Made by a program: the position numbers and the translations under genes
NCBI GenBank assembly: GCA_020536535.1
Contig: JAHLWZ010000605.1
Location: forward strand, 21,625-85,624
DNA from: Pelomyxa schiedti
Taxonomy: Eukaryota > Protista > Evosea
Direction of reading: 5' to 3'
DNA: 64,000 nt
Shown: positions 37,053 to 57,754 of the stretch, one piece after another
How the letters are laid out: every line of letters starts with the position of its first letter
How positions within the stretch are numbered: position 1 is the first letter of the stretch
The notes under the pieces: generated by a model
What the model saw: only the letters and a program-made list of their open reading frames with translations
The model's database searches: none
Told to the model about the DNA's origin: nothing

Positions 37053-38809
37053 TCATGCAGGTGACAAATCCTGGGCGAACCAGAAGATACTGAGGCGGGT
37101 GACTGAAAAGAACACACCAACTAGTAGTATGACAGTGGCCAGCGTGGCGAGCAGCTTGCCTTGTGTGGTTACCTTTACTTGGAGTGCAAGGAACAGGGAG
37201 GCTGGTATGATCAATGATATCAGAATCACTGCAGTGCTGCCAGTCAAATCTGTGCGCGGCGTCAGTGGGCGGAAGGAATTTGCAAACTCATCCGCGTGTA
37301 CCTAGTAAATAGTGTATGCTTGGGAAAAGGATCCCGATACCAACGCATAGGCTGACCAACACAACCGTTTCAATGTTCTTCCTTGCTTCCGACAGCTCTG
37401 CCTTTCGAAGGGAATTGATGCAGGACCTGAGGGCAAACATCTTGGTAGGAAATGTCAGGCACACAGTGCCACACATCGCCACTCTCGCTGCAGTAATGAC
37501 AACATTGTTTCCAGTGAAATTCTCGAATATATCATCACTCCTTCATCTCCTTTACTATAGCTCAATTAGGGTCTTGAAATGGACCTACGTTGCTGCTCCG
37601 AACATAAGATAGCCAGATAGCGCAAAAAGCATATATAGTATGAGCATAATGAGCACACTGGACGCACACACAGCAGAAAATCTCTTTACAGATCTTGGCT
37701 CTAGCTCCTTATGTTGGGTGAATAATCCAAATGGAGTGCGGAATAGCATACTTGATAAACGCTTAAGACATTATAATGCGCCACAAAAGCAACAAAAATT
37801 ATGGGAACTGACTGAAATGAATTCCACCCTGCTCCTCCAAGTTTCGTTCCTGAAGCTACAGTTCCTTTTGTTTCGACTAAAAATACAAACACCACTCCAA
37901 CAGCAGCACACACAGCAGCTATCATTGCAATAAAACTGTTGATTTTTTTTAGTGCCTTCAAAATCATGCATTTTCATACCTGAAAACCTTTAAAGAGGAA
38001 AGTCGAGACTTCATAGAAAGAGGTATGAAAATACAAACAGAAATGATGATTGAAAGCAGCTGTTTGTTTCTTATAAATGTCCAGTGTTGTGGGAGGGCCA
38101 CCTGGCCAAGCAGTTCTGACAACCAATCCCCTGTTATGACTTAATGATTTCTCCTGAGGGAAGTGGGGAATACCTATGAATATTGAAAGAACTGTGCATA
38201 TGAGCAGAGTTTGCATAATAATTACCAAACTAGATGCAATAGCCTAGAAAATATGAGCAACCAGTGTGGATGAAATACAACTTAACTATAATGGCTCTGA
38301 AACACCTTCTTCCGCCACAAGAGTGGATCAAGCCTTCCACAGAAAAAGTGTGCACTTGTTCACTTGTTTGTAAAATAAATAAATAAGAAGCTGAGAGAAA
38401 AAGGCAGTGCATAATACCTACAAGACACAAGCATGACGAGTGTAATCCAATTGAGTAGGCCACAGAAGAGCATCATAACCGTAAATGGGAGAATGCCAGC
38501 AATCTTGACAGCAAAAGGCAGTGCTACCATACCAGCACCAAGCATGGTATTCACCTTAATATTTGGACAACAAACCACTCAGTCAGTAATACATTCACAT
38601 TTATTGCATTTGTTTTTTTTCCCAAAATAAACCATTGAAACGGTGGCTGTGAACGGAGTCCCGCTGTGCACCAACTTGGGGTCGACCATAATGGCACCGT
38701 GTGGGCTGTCCTCAACAACAATTGTGGGAACTACATCCTGTACTCCAGCTCCCATAATCCCGCGACAACCATCCCTGCCACCGTAAACTCCACACGACAC
38801 AAATTGCAT
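37053..38809 (-). CDS. Amino acid transporter (Aa_trans; SLC38/AVT-like)
   Basis: VNTMLGAGMVALPFAVKIAG, FQSVPIIFVAFVAHYNVLSVY, CLTFPTKMFALR, LTGSTAVILISLIIPASLF, and many hydrophobic helices. Start is 38809 or 38755. Confidence 0.9.
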
Positions 38810-38915
38810 GACTCTTTGTACTGACTCACACACGACCAGCACGGTCACGGCATTGCTAATACAAAATAAAGAGTAATTTTGGATCTGCAGAAACACTTCG
38901 CTTTTTAAATTTCAT

Positions 38916-41746
38916 TCAGGTTCTGGTGCAGGAGACGTTGAAGTACTCTTCAAACCATAACAGTATGTTGTGATTCTGAGGCCTGAGGCTCTTTTTGACG
39001 AAGAAGTTCTTGGCGTTTACAATGTCATCGGTTGTGATGCTAAATTTCTCCACCAACCACATTGCAACGTGCAAGTGTGAGTTGAAGCACGTTTTCCTGA
39101 ACACGCACCAGTCTTCTTCCGCGGCCCATATTCGGGATATGGAATACTTCTCACAAATAAACTGGGCAAGCCTAATGGTCATGGTTAGTGGTGCAGCTTG
39201 TGAATGTTATGTTAAATATTTTTGAACAGTATGATAATAGCACCAGAGCGGTTATAATAATAATTACGCGAGAGATACCTCAGGTGGCCATGCTCACAAC
39301 AAGTTCTGAAAGCACTATTCTGAGCCGGTTTTTTTGGCAGAATACCGGCACCAAATTTCTCAAAGAGCCAATGACAAGCATCAGCGCTCCCACATTGGCA
39401 ACAGGCGAGAAATGCTTTTGTTAAAGTAGCCGGCAAGGCAGCGGCCTGTTTGGAGTTCTTCTTGAGTGAATTCCAGTGCTCAATCAGCCAGGTAGCCAGC
39501 TTCAAGTTCTCCGATTTGCAGGCACAAATGAAAACAGTGGGGAAAAACTCTGGTGTTGGTGGGTATGTTGTTGCCTTCCAGTGTGTGATGTGGGGTGGCT
39601 CCTCCTCTCCTCGAGAAAGGTAAATTTCTTCTTGGGTAAACTCCACCTGTGATATCAGCCACTGCACACAGTCAAGAGCTCCTGTCTGGAGGAGTGTCCA
39701 AAGCCCCCGGCACAGAATATTGTGACTCAGTGGCATCGTTTTGACAGCATACTGCAATATGGGCAGATGTGGTAGAAGACCTATTTCCGAGTCTGGTGCC
39801 ACAGAAAAATGGTCCAGGAACCACTTGAATAACTCCACGTTGGTAATGGAGCGGCAGTATCCATAAACATAGAAATTCTGGTCCAGCTCAGTGTGTGAGC
39901 CAAGGGAAAACTTAGATGCAAGCCATTTGAGAATCGGAAGATTGCCGTGACTGTATGCCTCGTAAATACATTCCAGAACCCAATTGGAATCCGGAGGCAC
40001 AGTGAATGTTTCGCCAAGCCACACCATAACCTACGGTTTCATAGAGTTAAGGTCACTGTAATAGAAGTTGTGTATACCTCGGAGTGGTTTAATGAGCATG
40101 CATTGAACATGATTTCACTCACGTCGTCAGTGGGGGCTACAGGAACCTTTTGGCACAACCACTTTGCCATTTCCAGGTGTCCCTTTGAGCAGGCATTTTT
40201 AAAGCAGGAAGTAGTCACAGATTCATTTGAGAATGTAGCCATTAACCACTTGGCAATTTTTATATGTCCCCCAAGAGAGCATCCCAACAAAGCGGCAGTA
40301 TAACATTCAGGAGATGTGGAAAGGTGAAAAGTCTCCACTAGCCACTGAACTACATGAAAATGTCCCTCACTACAGCTATGGTACAGAGCGTAGTTTGGGG
40401 TATCCCGAGCAGTGGTAGTGGCATCATCCACAGTGAGGCTGAACTTACTCTGCAGCCATTGTGCCAATTCGAGATAGCCGCCTCGGCAGCTTTTCCGGAA
40501 GGCACTATTATCCGCACTCCTGATTTCATTTGGTGTTAGGGAAAGCTGGGTGGCCAGCCATTGAGCCGTGTGAAGGTGCCCACGGCCGCAGCATATGCGA
40601 AACGCCTTGTTATTAAGAGCACGCGCATCAGCAGAATTGAGGCCACAGGAATCAACTAACCATTCGCATACAGAAGTATCCCCACGGAAGCAGGAATGGA
40701 GAAAGAAATCTCTCCGCTCAGCAAGAACTAAAGGATGAATACCAATATGTGCCATGAGGTACTGCATCACATGAGTTTTTCCGTTTCTGTCACAACTGAG
40801 TTTTAGACGACTAACCAATCAGCGGAAACCTGATAGCTTCAGCAAGTGCCACAGCTTCAATAAAGGATTTATCCCAAGAGTCACATGGGGTGATGAGGTT
40901 AGTCGATGTCCACGACACCATCTTGAGATATCCAAGGGCTGAAAACACTGTAATAGCCATTTCTTCCCCACTTCCAAGCTGAGACATATCTCTACCTTTA
41001 AACGTGTACAGTTAGGACAGTAAAAATCGGCAATAGTTTTACCACTACTCCCCCTGCACTTCTACTCTACCACATTCATTCACTCACCTTCTCACAGCCC
41101 TATTTACTGGGGATTTTTTTTTTTGGACTTGCTCATTTAAAAAAATAGAGTGGTGAGTGTGGCGTCAAACGAGAACACATAACCTCACACCCCCTCCCAT
41201 AAAAAAGGAGATATGTATAAGTATATGCCTTACAATGCACCATCAATAAATCATACCAGAATACTTGCCGGCAGCATCACCGCTGCTCTGCTTGCCGACA
41301 GCATCGCCGCTGCTCTGGCACTGATGCTGCAAGACGTGCAGGAACACGGGCCTCCACGTGGCCAGGCACCGCGCCACGAGGCGAGAGCACAGCCCCGCCA
41401 GGGGGAACACCGCCTCGCCCGCCCGCCCCAGCACCACCACCTCCTCCCCCACGTCCTCCGCCCTGGGGGCGCCCGGGGGCGGGGGCGGCGGCCGCGGCCG
41501 CGGCAGCCCTGCCCCTCCCGCTCCCGCTCCCGCCCCGCTTCCGCCGCCCCTCGCCCCATTCGCGGGGACCCCTGTCGGCAGCGATGGAGCAGCATTGTCG
41601 TAGGCGTGGAGGAGGCGGCGGTACTCGAGGACGGTGAAACACTTGGGGCATGCGTGGGGCAGTACGATGCGCCACAGTATGTCACTGATCCATAATGCTC
41701 GTGCTGTCGTAGCTGCGCCCTTGGGGCTTGATGCTGTAGCCGACAT
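38916..41746 (-). CDS. Divergent ankyrin-like repeat protein
   Basis: About ten or more repeats of type AFRICCGRGHLHTAQWL, AFRKSCRGGYLELAQWL, ALYHSCSEGHFHVVQWL, CFKNACSKGHLEMAKWL; GC-rich first exon starting at ATG 41746. Confidence 0.75.
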
Positions 41747-41841
41747 TTTCCACTGCTACTAACACAAAAACAAAAAAAAAAAGAGACAAAAAACGGTTTT
41801 TTGATCGTGGAACGGAAAGACAGAACTTTTTCGCCCACCCG

Positions 41842-42766
41842 CTATGGTGTTATTGGAAGTCGGGCAGTGCATTGTGGAGAGAAGTGCTCTGAGGAGGATA
41901 ATGATTGTGATGAGCTGGACTCTGGGGCACTTGACCCAAAGCACAGGCAATCGGCATCATACACTCCGGCAATGGTGTCGAATGGTGTGTAGAAGCCAAG
42001 CCAGGCATCAAATGAAGCAAAATCCACCTTGTCGGCAGGAAAGTCCTCACTGGTGATATAGCTACTCACAAAAGTGACTGCAGAAAGGGGGTCGTAGCTC
42101 AGTCCCTGCCCTGGCCTGGTACTGTGTGTGAATCCAGTCCATCCACCATTTAGAACCTCCAGTGTGGATATCCTGATAAACCACATGGTTCCAATCCCAT
42201 CATAGGCATACAGGTTCCCATCAGGCTGGGCAGCAATATCACACATTTCAGCGGCATGTGTCAGCACTGTGGATGTGATTCCTGTGCCTAAGTCGATAGT
42301 TGCTAATGTGGACTGGCCAGCTGACACATACAGAATGTACATCTTATCTATTACTGTTGACCATGACATCCCTGTTACTTTGCCGGAAATGTCAGTGCTT
42401 GTAACAAAGGTTGCTACACAGCCTGCTGTTGATATTGTGTACAAGCTGTGATCAACGTCATTGACCACGTAAATTAAGTCATTCTTGCCTCTAACAAAAT
42501 CCCCTATTAGAAACAACAGCATTAAAGAAAGCCACCAACCATAAGAAGCATGAAAATTCACATCAGATACCAGCATAATAATGACCACCAGTCACTGAAC
42601 ACACAGAAGTTCCCTCTGCAGCAACTGCTTCAGTAAAGTGATGCAATGTGTTGGTGTCACTGGTAATGTAGTAACCATCAATGGCACCCAGCACCAAACT
42701 GTTTCGTCCCATAATAATGAACAACCCCAGCACTACCACACCAACAGCCACCCGCGCGGAAATCAT
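41842..42766 (-). CDS. Secreted beta-propeller-like protein (about 280 aa, 2 exons)
   Basis: Signal peptide MISARVAVGVVVLGLFIIMGRNSLVLG. Blade-like repeats YYAGDF..LIYVVN..SLYTIS, MYILY..STLATIDLGTG, DIAAQPDGNLYAYD, GLSYDP. Ser-rich tail. Confidence 0.55.
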
Positions 42767-42917
42767 CACGGAATTACGTTGATAATACAATGACGTTGAT
42801 ACGTCCAGTGGCCGTTCTGATCATTTCGTTTTTTTTAACCAAAAACTCTCTTTCTCATCATCAAACGAAATAAATGATTTTGAAGGATTCAAAAAAATTT
42901 GTACAGTACAACACACT

Positions 42918-52387
<9,470 letters not shown>

Positions 52388-52733
52388 CAAAAGAGAAAAA
52401 AAATCAAGTGCCCGGCACAACGATCGTCTTTTTGTGCTGGCGATGGACAACCCACCCCCAATTTAAAAGAAAAAAAAGGAAAAAAAGGAAAAACAGGAAA
52501 AAAATGCACGTTAGTTGAAGACTGTTTTCTAAGATCCAGCAGTTCCCCTCCCCAGAATTCCCTGTCCCTATTCACTGTGGCGTGTCTACACTTGTTCCCT
52601 CCTATTCCTTTCGTTGTGCTCCAACGACTCACCCATCTACCAATCGGACCAAAGATCAAACAAAGGCTGCAAGTTATTTTCATCGTAATCCGTTTGCACG
52701 AATACCGGAAGAAAACAATAAAACGAAAAACCA
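52388..52733. promoter_or_regulatory. Putative bidirectional promoter shared by TOR and the 7TM-INPP4 gene
   Basis: 346 nt between two divergent start codons. No specific element was identified; this is a positional inference only. Confidence 0.45.
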
Positions 52734-55700
52734 ATGGCACTGAACGCGAGCACGAGCACGGGCTCGGCGTCGTGGAGCTCGTCGTCATGGGACGGCAAGC
52801 TTATGGGAAACGGGGATATATGTAACGTAGTCACGATAGTCGTGGCCTCCATTATGGGCCTGGTTACGCTGTGGAGGCTGTTGTGGGTTCAATTAAGGGA
52901 TGGCGTGCGACCATTTGGCATCAGGAAAATTTTTCACTGTCTCCTTTTGGGCTTCTTTTTTGGTGAGGATTCTTTTCTTTTCCTCTTTCTTTTTCTTTCC
53001 TTCTGATCTTGGGCTATGACTAGCTAGAGGATCATGGGCAGCTGTAAAACTATCTCATGCACACGATGTGGTGTCCTTTTTTTTTGGAAAAGAGGCACAC
53101 TGTTTGTTCTTTGTCTCTTTTTTGACAGTTCTTCTCTTTTTGTACGGATTTTTCAAAAATCTCTTGCACAAAGTCATTTCCCCTTTTAGATTAAACAAAC
53201 TCGTGATGTTTACACCAAAATCTCGCCGAATCCTTACAGTTCTATTATGGATTTCTGGCATTGTTCCAGCTTTGTACGTCATTATTCTTGCAATAGTCTT
53301 TGCTGCATCACCTGATAACGATGCCACAGAAGGTTGGCCAATTCATTACGTCCATGAATACAAAGTTCTTGTTAATATAAATAAAGGGAATACTTTGTAT
53401 GAGAGCTCCATTTGCATTATAATGGTGAGTCCATACAGTTGTAAAACAAAAAAAATTTACTTTTCAAGGGATATGCCCTGTTATGCTCCATTGGATTTCT
53501 TGGAGTCACTGCATTCCTTCAAAGATCTCTTTTTTTACTGAAGAGGCGGGACCTCCTCTCAAGACTCAAGATAAAAAGTTTAATTGAGCTGGTTGGTTGC
53601 CAGATGTTCCTTTCTTCTCTTACAATTTCCTCCCAGTCACTTCTACTTCTATTTTGTTGTACTGGATTTCTCTTGCAGTTCTTAATGTTTTTATATCGGC
53701 CAGTGACGGGAAAATATGTCAATGAAGTCGTGTTTTATGTCTTTGCTTATTGGGTTCCAGAGGTGTGTGCAATTATAATAGAGCTTCCAGCAACAAAAAT
53801 TACAGTAGAACCAAACATTCAATAGTTCATTTCTCCAAGCCTGATGCTTCATATCATGAGGCATCCTGACCGGTACAAGAATAACCGAAGCTCTTTCTGG
53901 AGTCAAGAAGATGTGCTTAACTCTTCTGGTAGTGACCTTGAAACCGGTAGTCAGCTGAAGGAACTGCTACATATTCATAATTCTTTCCCACAGAAGGTTG
54001 TTTACCATTCACTGGAGCCTCTTCTCATTTTTATTCTCCCTTCAGGAAACTACCGTACTCCAGGGAACAATTCTTTCTGTACGGCTCCAGTTAAGTTGTG
54101 ACTGTGGTGCCATAATTGCACTAGACCAAGGAGCAGTCAGCTTGGCGACTGCCTCAAAACATGAATTAGATACTGATAACACCGAATATCAACCTGTCAC
54201 AGTAACTTTCCAAAAAAAAATAAAATAAATTCAAATCTCACTGTTTCAAGGCGAATGCCCCTGTGGAATTCTGTCGCACATTTTTAGTTTTATTCCCAAC
54301 CTTCACCATCACCGTCAAAGTTGCTCATCCTGGCTCAGAGCAAAATGAGGTATAAACTTTTTTTTTCGATCTTTTTCTTTTACCCTCAATAAGTTCAGTG
54401 CACTTTGCGAGATTCCCTGTACTTTTGACAGTATCGACAGCCAAATTAACATTTCAGAAGGAGAAACTAGTGGCTGGATTCAAATAACCAGCGGCGCATC
54501 CCTTAAGTTCAGAGGAGCTTCTGGGGATTGCTTCAAAACTTATTTGTATCGAGATACCAGTAACTCGGTAAGTTCGTGTTAATATGTACATATTAATCAC
54601 CACCAATAAGGCTGTACACATCTGGGAGGTATGCTTGCCCACTAGTATTATTCCGAACCCATATTATACAAGGAACTCAGAGAGAGCGTTCTTTCATTCA
54701 GTGTTCCCTACCAAATTATCTATGGGATTCTTCACGATCGGGAATCACAACTCAAGAAAATTCAAGTTTATAATAAGAGTGTTGATTCTGTCTTATGCAA
54801 CACTTGCAGGACAAATATCATCACCTCATTTCTGAGCAAAAGGATGTTGTCATTCCGGATGAGGATATGCTTACTGTAGCAGTTTATGGGTAACGATATC
54901 CACGCAGGCCACCTGCTCGTAATTACATTGTATAGAATGGAACAAGCAAAACAAACTGCTGATTGGGAGGCAAAAATGAAGGTTTTACTCAAAAATTTTG
55001 CAGGGCACGTAGATTCTTGTGGCCAAGCTCTTGCAATTTTCAAGCAGTACTGTCCCTGTTTCTCCCATTGATTTTATTAACTCCACACAAGAAATAAGAT
55101 TGATGAATACACCTTCAAGCCATCCTCACTCAAGTCAGATAAGAGATTCCAGTTTGTACCAATCAATTTGCACACACATCTCCTGTTAGTTACTGACATT
55201 GGGGATGCCGTCTATCCAACTGTAACCTTTGGTAGGATTTAGCATATATCCCAAAACTAAATCGCTCATAGGCGCCGCTGCGGCCCACACCTGTGGTATG
55301 AGTAAGGGATCAGGGGCACTGTCACAGAGGATTGTACAATTAACAGCCAAAACGGACCTCACACAGTCAGAAGAAATCCAATTGGATGCCTTACGCCTTG
55401 TCCTTTTACAGCGCCGAGATATTCTTCTGTGTCACATAGCATCAGCACTGGCAGAGGCAGCCTCTTCAGGTGTTGAAGCTGCATGGCGCAAAGGGAAAGA
55501 TGCCTGTTCTGACTACCTTTCTTTGCTGTGCTCATGCGGGTTACTGGTCGCGTTTGAAAGCCTTCTTAGCACTCGAGGTAGAGAAGCCTCAATGTTGTCG
55601 GATTTCGATTGTGCTGTCAACATGCTTGAAGGCTTTTTGGTAAGATTGACTTTATCACCAAAAGAAGTTGAAAATGGTTTAGTACCCTCTTGTATGCTAG

Positions 55701-56644
55701 TATTAACCTTCAACAGGAGTTGCACGAGAAGCGGTTTCAATACGTCAAGCTCATGGACACTGGATTCTTGAACTTCCATGTAATAAAACTTTACTGGATC
55801 TTGCCCCTTCAAGTCTTGATGCTTTCCCTGTTCACGGCTGTTTGTTCACCCAAGGTTTTTTTTTCTTTTTTCCCTTAAAGAGACTTTATCTCAGACACCT
55901 AAATCAGGCATTAATGAAGAGCAGTCCATGGCCAATACCATGGGTGACACCCAACTGCAAGAAACCATAAACTTATCAAGTCTTGATAAGTTGCGGTCTC
56001 ACTTTGAGCAGTATTGTAAATGGGTTACAGAAATAAGTGGAAAAGATGTTAAGAAGCTTGAAATACTTCAGGAAGACTTTCAGAGATTATCACATCGGAT
56101 TCACAATGTAGATAAGTGGGTAGTTTTAACTACTTTTTTTTTCTAGCCTAATTTTGTTCAACAGAGGTGGTAAAGACGTCATCATGTTAACTGGCGTTGC
56201 AGATTTCTGTCGTAGTATTGGAGGAGTCCGGTGTACATCATGCAAAAGCGCAAAAGACAGGTACCCACCTTGTAGTACATATTTTAGAGTTATTCTCTAA
56301 TACTCAAATAGGACGAGCATGGGGGTAACCTGGGAAAATGTACGCATTCTTACAAGATACCATGGCCTACCTCCTGACAAGGCACAATCAATGATGGATG
56401 CAATGAGGTTTAGAATTCACTCATTTTCGGTTCCACTTCTAATACTGGTATCAGAGAAGCTGGTGTTAGGCGTGTGAATGTGAAAAAGAACATTGGAGAG
56501 GACAAGTTTGCTTTCAATGCACTGCAAGCAAGGTATGCTGTGCCATTGTACAAAGAACTGCATTAACAAATAAATAGACTCCTACCAGAACAGTACAGAC
56601 CTCCCAGGTCAACACAAGCTGGCTTTGTAGGTGTAAAATCATAG
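52734..56644 (+). CDS. 7TM (THH1/TOM1/GPR137-like) domain fused to inositol polyphosphate 4-phosphatase (INPP4-type)
   Basis: Seven hydrophobic helices (RKIFHCLL, HCLFFVSFLTVLLFL, YWVPEFISPSLMLHIMR). In-frame GT-AG junctions (e.g. 53997-54045, 54202-54250) continue into ELRESVLSFSVPYQI, FKPSSLKSDKRFQFVPINLH, YPTVTFGAAAAH, catalytic CKSAKDRTSM (Cys at 56241), GVRRVNVKKNIG and LPEQYRPP; TAG ends at 56644. Confidence 0.85.
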
Positions 56645-56738
56645 CTCCATTGAACATAGGCGCTAATCTAAAGAAAATTCACCTCAATCAATCTGTTCTC
56701 TTTTTTTTTCCCCTCTGTTCAGTCAATTAATACCGCCC

Positions 56739-57741
56739 ATGGACGAGACGACGAGAACCGATGAAGGGAGCAGGGAAGTGACGTCAACAGTGACAACGAC
56801 GGCGTCTGCGAGCAGCGCGGAAGTGGTGACAACGGCGGCAGTTGAAGTGCAGGCTCCCGAGCTGAGTGAGGGCGAGGCTACGTTGGGCTCGTTTGCTGCT
56901 GTGAATGTATTGTGGGACAACGTTTCGTTGGGAGTTGGTGCTCTGCTGCTTACTTCAAAGTGAGAACATCATTTGTTTGTTTTTTTGTTTTTCATATTTT
57001 CTTTTTCATTTGGATTGGTGCAGTGGTGGCATTCATGGCCTGCGTGTCTTCTATGTTTTATATGTTTTTGTTTTGTGCTCTTTCACTGAGCCATATTTGA
57101 AAGGATTTTCTTAAAAACCTTTAAAACATCCAATGTGTAATGTTATGAAGGCAGGCATATTGGTACACTCTAGGGGCAACTAGGAATTTTGATTACCATA
57201 ACATCAGCTTGTATGCTATATCGCGGGATCCCACCACGGGCTACCAGCCCTGCATTTATGCTCATGTAGATGACCCTGATTATTCTGATGGGTACCATGA
57301 AACGCGATTCATTCCTAGTGATCCTACCTTACGTATGATAATATTCCTTTTAGTTGGGACTCACCATAACAAGTTGAGCGCATGTTCCAAGCATTTTCTG
57401 ATGGGTCCTCAATGAACCCAGACCCACCTGGTGTGTGGTCTTATTTACACACAATTTGTTTTCAACACTCTGTCCAGATGACTCTGATGATGAAGGTAAT
57501 GCTTTTTTCAATGTGGATGAAGTTATGGAAGGTGCGAGACTTGATACTATGGCCAGTCACTTTGAGGTTATCCTTTTCCTTTCACAGTTACCCATTCTAC
57601 CCCTGATACAACTCCAAGACAATGGTAGTCACTGAGGAGACACCAGCCGACGAGGCTGAGGAAGAAGAAGAGGAAGAAATAGATGATGCTGACACCAACG
57701 ATACTGAAGAACACACACATGGCCGAAGTAGCTCCTCTTGA
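56739..57741 (+). CDS. CLNS1A: pICln / methylosome subunit (Voldacs domain)
   Basis: LGVGALLLTSK, FDYHNISLYAISRD, PCIYAHV, ETRFIPSD, MFQAFSDGSSMNPDP followed by acidic tracts. Confidence 0.8.
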
Positions 57742-57754
57742 ACCAAGCCCCAAA

